The notes under the pieces: generated by a model
What the model was told of the DNA's origin: nothing
The model's input: the letters and a program-made list of their open reading frames with translations, nothing else
The model's database searches: none
Translations under genes and position numbers: made by a program
Assembly: GCF_006345805.1 (NCBI RefSeq)
Contig: NC_043022.1
Coordinates: 20,832,001-20,896,000, forward strand
DNA from: Octopus sinensis
Taxonomy: Eukaryota
Direction: 5' to 3'
DNA: 64,000 nucleotides
Shown here: positions 62,142 through 64,000 of the stretch, in pieces
Position numbering within the stretch: position 1 is the stretch's first letter
How the letters are laid out: each line of letters starts with the position of its first letter

Positions 62142-62828
62142 GCATGGCAATTTCTCAATTTTTTTCATTTTCTCATTCATATATATATATATACATATAT
62201 GTGTGTGTAGTATTTTATACGTAAATATAAGGGGGAACCACTATGTGGAAACCCTTACGCTAGAAAAAGATCCGCTATGGTCTCAACCACTAAGAATTGT
62301 TCTCCAGAAAATTTAGCACACCAGAAACGTAAGCGAGTAAGACATGAAAAATAACGTATGTATGTATGTATGAATGTATCTATGTATGTGTGTGTTTATG
62401 TATATACGACGGGCTTTTTTCAGTTTCCACCTACCAAGTCCACTCGCAAGGCTTTAGTCAACCCGGAGCTATAGTAGAAGACACTTGCCCAAGGTGCCAC
62501 GCAGTGAGACTGAACCTGGAGCCATGTGGTTCGGAAGAAAACTTCATATCACACACAGCCACGCTTGCGCCCTCAGTTTTTTGTTCTTAACGAACAAAGG
62601 AAAATAGAAAGCAGAAAAGACCAAGCTTATCGAAGAAGCATTTAGCTTCACATCAAAAGTTAAAGAATGAAGTTGAGGGTAAAATGGCTGCTGATAGAAC
62701 ATTCTAACTTGAGAAGTCCGGAAACTTAAGCGTAGAGATAAGCAGGGCTTGGCAATTAGTTGATAATATTTGGCGAGAAGTCTTAAGTAGTTTCATTTAT
62801 ATCACCGATTAACATACAAGGGGCAGTT

Positions 62829-62865
62829 GCCACCACTACCACCACCACCACCACCACCACCGCTG

Positions 62866-62914
<49 letters not shown>

Positions 62915-62933
62915 CACTACTACTACTACTACT
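62829..62933. repeat. (CCA)n(CTA)n microsatellite
   Basis: Direct reading. Confidence 0.95.
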
Positions 62934-63018
62934 CTTTTATTTGTTTCAGTCATTTGACTGGAGCACCGCCTTTATAGCCCAGCAGATCGACCCCAGGACT
63001 TATTCTTTGTAAACCTAG

Positions 63019-63454
63019 TACTTATTCTATCGGTCTCTTTCGCCGAACTGCTATGTTATGGGGATGTAAACACACCAGCATCGGTTGTCAAGCGATGTTG
63101 GCGGGGACAAACACAGACACACAAACACAAACATATGCACACACATATATGAACTCTCTTCATATTAAATATTTTAACTGGACAAAATGCTTTGCAACTT
63201 TTCATATGTACATATAACGCAGGTGTCCCAAGGCGATACTTATTCTATCGGCCTCTTTCGCCGAACCGCTAAGTTACGGGGATGTAAACACACCAGCATC
63301 GGTTGTCAAGCGATGTTGGCGGGGACAAACACAGACACACAAACACAAACATATGCACACACATATATGAACTCTCTTCATATTAAATATTTTAACTGGA
63401 CAAAATGCTTTGCAGCTTTTCATGTGTGCATATAACGCAGGCGTCCCAAGGCGA
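63019..63454. repeat. 219-bp tandem duplication of SINE fragments
   Basis: CTTATTCTATCGG at 63021 and 63240 with near-identical continuation. Confidence 0.85.
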
Positions 63455-63825
63455 GCTCAGTGTGGACGGAAACCACACCCTGAGAAAAAGGGCAAAAGCT
63501 CGCTCGATCTTGATTTTCAGTACTAATACGACGACGAGGAGCGGGCGAGTACGAACGAACAAACAAGCGAGTGAGCGAGCGAGTGCGTTGTCAGCCAGAA
63601 CATGAGACAAAGGGTAACAAGTTTTCGGTGCATATGTTAAATAATAATATGTTCTGAGTTCAGAAGCCATTGGTGTCGACTTTGCCTTTCATCCTTTTCG
63701 GGATCAATAAAATAAGTACCCGAAATTGCTGACATTGTGCCAAAATTTGATGCCAATATAAGTGCGGTTGTTATGAACACAACAGGTCAGAGATTAAACG
63801 TTACCAGAAATCACAGCATCTAGAG

Positions 63826-64000
63826 CAGTGGTTTTCAACCAGGGTTCCGCCAGTACAGTCCAGGGGTTCCACAAGAAGTTACAAAACTGCTAAAATCGGC
63901 AGTAATTTTTAATTCTCCTGTGCAGATATGTGTGCATAAGACTATTAAATTATTGCACAGGGGTTCCCCGAGCCAGTGGAATGTTTCCTTGGGGTTCCGC
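63826..64000. mobile_element. Second copy of same hAT MITE (cut by window end)
   Basis: Near-identical to 61072-61245; preceded by ATCTAGAG target. Confidence 0.85.

Overview
AT-rich, repeat-dense animal genomic DNA; the SINE/RTE/microsatellite landscape looks like an octopus (cephalopod) genome, which is an inference. Two divergently oriented spliced genes can be rebuilt by hand. (1) A complete 8-coding-exon DDI1/DDI2-family gene on + (21503-46955, 488 aa: UBL, helical domain, retroviral-like aspartyl protease DSG, UIM, UBA). (2) A ZNHIT3/Hit1-like zf-HIT gene on - (exons 5699-5798, 4957-4997, 3534-3581, 266-1138; putative first exon near 14351; last exon left of the window), carrying a ~270-aa acidic 10-residue-repeat insert. 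The rest is tRNA-derived SINEs, 5'-truncated RTE and CR1 LINE ends, MITEs (hAT, Tc1/mariner, piggyBac-like), two non-autonomous Helitrons and simple repeats; most six-frame ORFs are artefacts of these. The most interesting signal is a set of type I hammerhead ribozyme (HHR) motifs in short elements inserted in (TA)n tracts, often as fold-back inversions. It includes a 2.9-kb array of a ~544-bp HHR-bearing unit that flips orientation midway (56489-59424) beside a decayed Penelope-like ORF fragment, i.e. a candidate Penelope pLTR/retrozyme system. All calls come from manual reading; repeat boundaries are approximate.
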